Of a stretch of 64,000 bases of DNA, positions 62,661-64,000 are shown in pieces. The notes beneath the pieces were generated by a model. The model worked only from the letters and a program-made list of their open reading frames with translations. It made no database searches and was not told the origin of the DNA. Numbering within the stretch: the stretch's first letter is position 1; each line of letters begins with the position of its first letter. The stretch lies in the NCBI GenBank assembly GCA_950097015.1, contig CATNEN010000007.1, positions 12,524,001-12,588,000 on the forward strand. Direction: 5' to 3'. Position numbers and translations under genes: made by a program. This DNA comes from Macrostomum hystrix. Lineage: Eukaryota; Animalia; Platyhelminthes.

Positions 62661-64000
62661 TTCCGGATAATAAGTAATGATAACAAAGGTAATGTTATGT
62701 ACATGTTATGACATTTGCAAACTGTAGCTAGCCAGTTGACGAAGTAACTAACATTCTCAGGTCATTTCGTCAACTGACTGATAAAGCAATCTAAAACCTT
62801 GGTCATTTCGTCAACTGCAAGTGAGACCACCTTAAACTGTTGGTCAATTCGTCAACCAAGTTGACGAACTGGCAGTTGACGAAATGACCAGCACCCACTG
62901 GTGTATTGTAACTACTTTCAGTCCTAATTAAAAAGTATCAGGCCCTAGTATTACAAACAATATAATGAAAATTCATTTCTGGAATATGAAATACAATTTA
63001 CTAGTGTAATTTTCTTCACTTGAATATATTAAATTGTATTAATTAGTATTTAGAAGTTTAAATTCCAATGGTCCAACAATGAGTAGGCCTAATGACTAAT
63101 TATGTAGCACATATATAGGATAAAAATATAATTAGCTAGGCCTATAGGCCTTATCTTAAGAAAGTATATGGGCTATGTATATAAACAATGACCATGTAAT
63201 TATTTTTTATATAGCTTATTAATATTATTATTAGGCCTAGGCCTATGTCCAATGCCTTGTGATTAATTTCCACAATTACTTTTGTTGCTATAGCATAGCA
63301 ACAAAAGGGTATCTGTCTAGTCTAGCCTTCTAAGGCCATATTCTGGATTATACTATGATCTAGAAAAAGTCATACACATCTTCACAATGTCCTAGCTACA
63401 AATTGACACCTTAGACATGCACATTAGTCTAGTACTTTTTATAGATATTTTCATTTAAAGTGTGCTATGACTGCTTTTACACTTTTTGCATGCATAAAAA
63501 ATTTTGCTGGTGCAAATCATTAACAAAAAACTCATCAAGCATAGTTTTTAAAGCCAAGTTTGGTGTCAGAGTCTGACAAACTATTTGCTCAAGAGTTTGT
63601 GATTTTTGTTTATATTTTTGCTCGAAGTAGTACTTTAAATGTTTGTCAGAAAATATATTTTACAGAACCCATAGCTAGTTTTCTATGCCAAAAAGTTGGC
63701 CTTATTCATTAGTCACTTCTATAACAAGAGTCTCCAAGTTATTAGCATGTTACTTTAGCAATAGCTATGAACTTCCATTTTTATATTTACTAAATGGTTT
63801 TCCATTTTTTCCTGTGAATACCATTAAGATGCCAATCTATACTGGGGCTATATAGGCTGATCTATATATCTTAACAAGAAAGCAGTTGTAAAAATAGCTT
63901 AGGGCCCTAGTTCTTTTATAATATTTGTTTTTAGTGTTATATTGTTTCCTCCTTTAGTCCATCATTGTATTTTGTGGTATTTTTGGATTGGTAAGAAAAT

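Larger units (their letters stand above)
60587..62896 (-). mobile_element. Mutator/Phantom-like DNA transposon, internally deleted (non-autonomous), 2310 bp
   Basis: 38-bp imperfect TIRs (60587-60624 GGATCCTAGTCATTTCGTCAACTGCCATTTCGTCAACT; 62859-62896 inverted). Exact 8-bp TSD ACTGGTGT at 60579-60586 and 62897-62904, subterminal TTCGTCAAC repeats, and a FLYWCH-containing ORF. Confidence 0.9.

Noticed and set aside
62905-64000. Genes or elements in the AT-rich tail (recurrent TAGGCCTA words)
   Set aside because: No ORF, termini or periodicity that I can support.

Overview
This is eukaryotic (animal) genomic DNA. GC-rich coding exons, minisatellite-filled introns and CAG/CTG tracts suggest a Macrostomum-like flatworm, but that is inference only. 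From left to right: (1) 1-6357: an apparently intact minus-strand non-LTR retrotransposon of LOA/R1 type. ORF2 encodes APE-RT-RNase H-CCHC and overlaps the ORF1 stop as ATGA; the structured 5' UTR carries about 5.7 tandem 96-97-bp monomers; the 3' end lies outside the window. (2) 6358-~42625: a ~36-kb satellite of a 28-bp unit with nested higher-order duplications (1524, 2226, 7611, 15621 bp), joined with no spacer to the retrotransposon 5' end. (3) A gene-dense block: a polyQ/tandem-CCCH gene (+), a multi-exon SSUH2 homolog (-) with a different minisatellite in 5 of 6 introns, a small single-TM ORF (+), and a two-exon gene for a putatively membrane-anchored tandem-MATH protein (+). (4) In AT-rich DNA, a 2.3-kb Mutator/Phantom-like element (38-bp TIRs, 8-bp TSD) encoding a spliced PHD-FLYWCH protein with no DDE domain. 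The ORF calls inside the satellite are artefacts. No rRNA, tRNA or CRISPR was seen. The best candidate for an undescribed system is the satellite-abutting retroelement with its structured, monomer-built leader.
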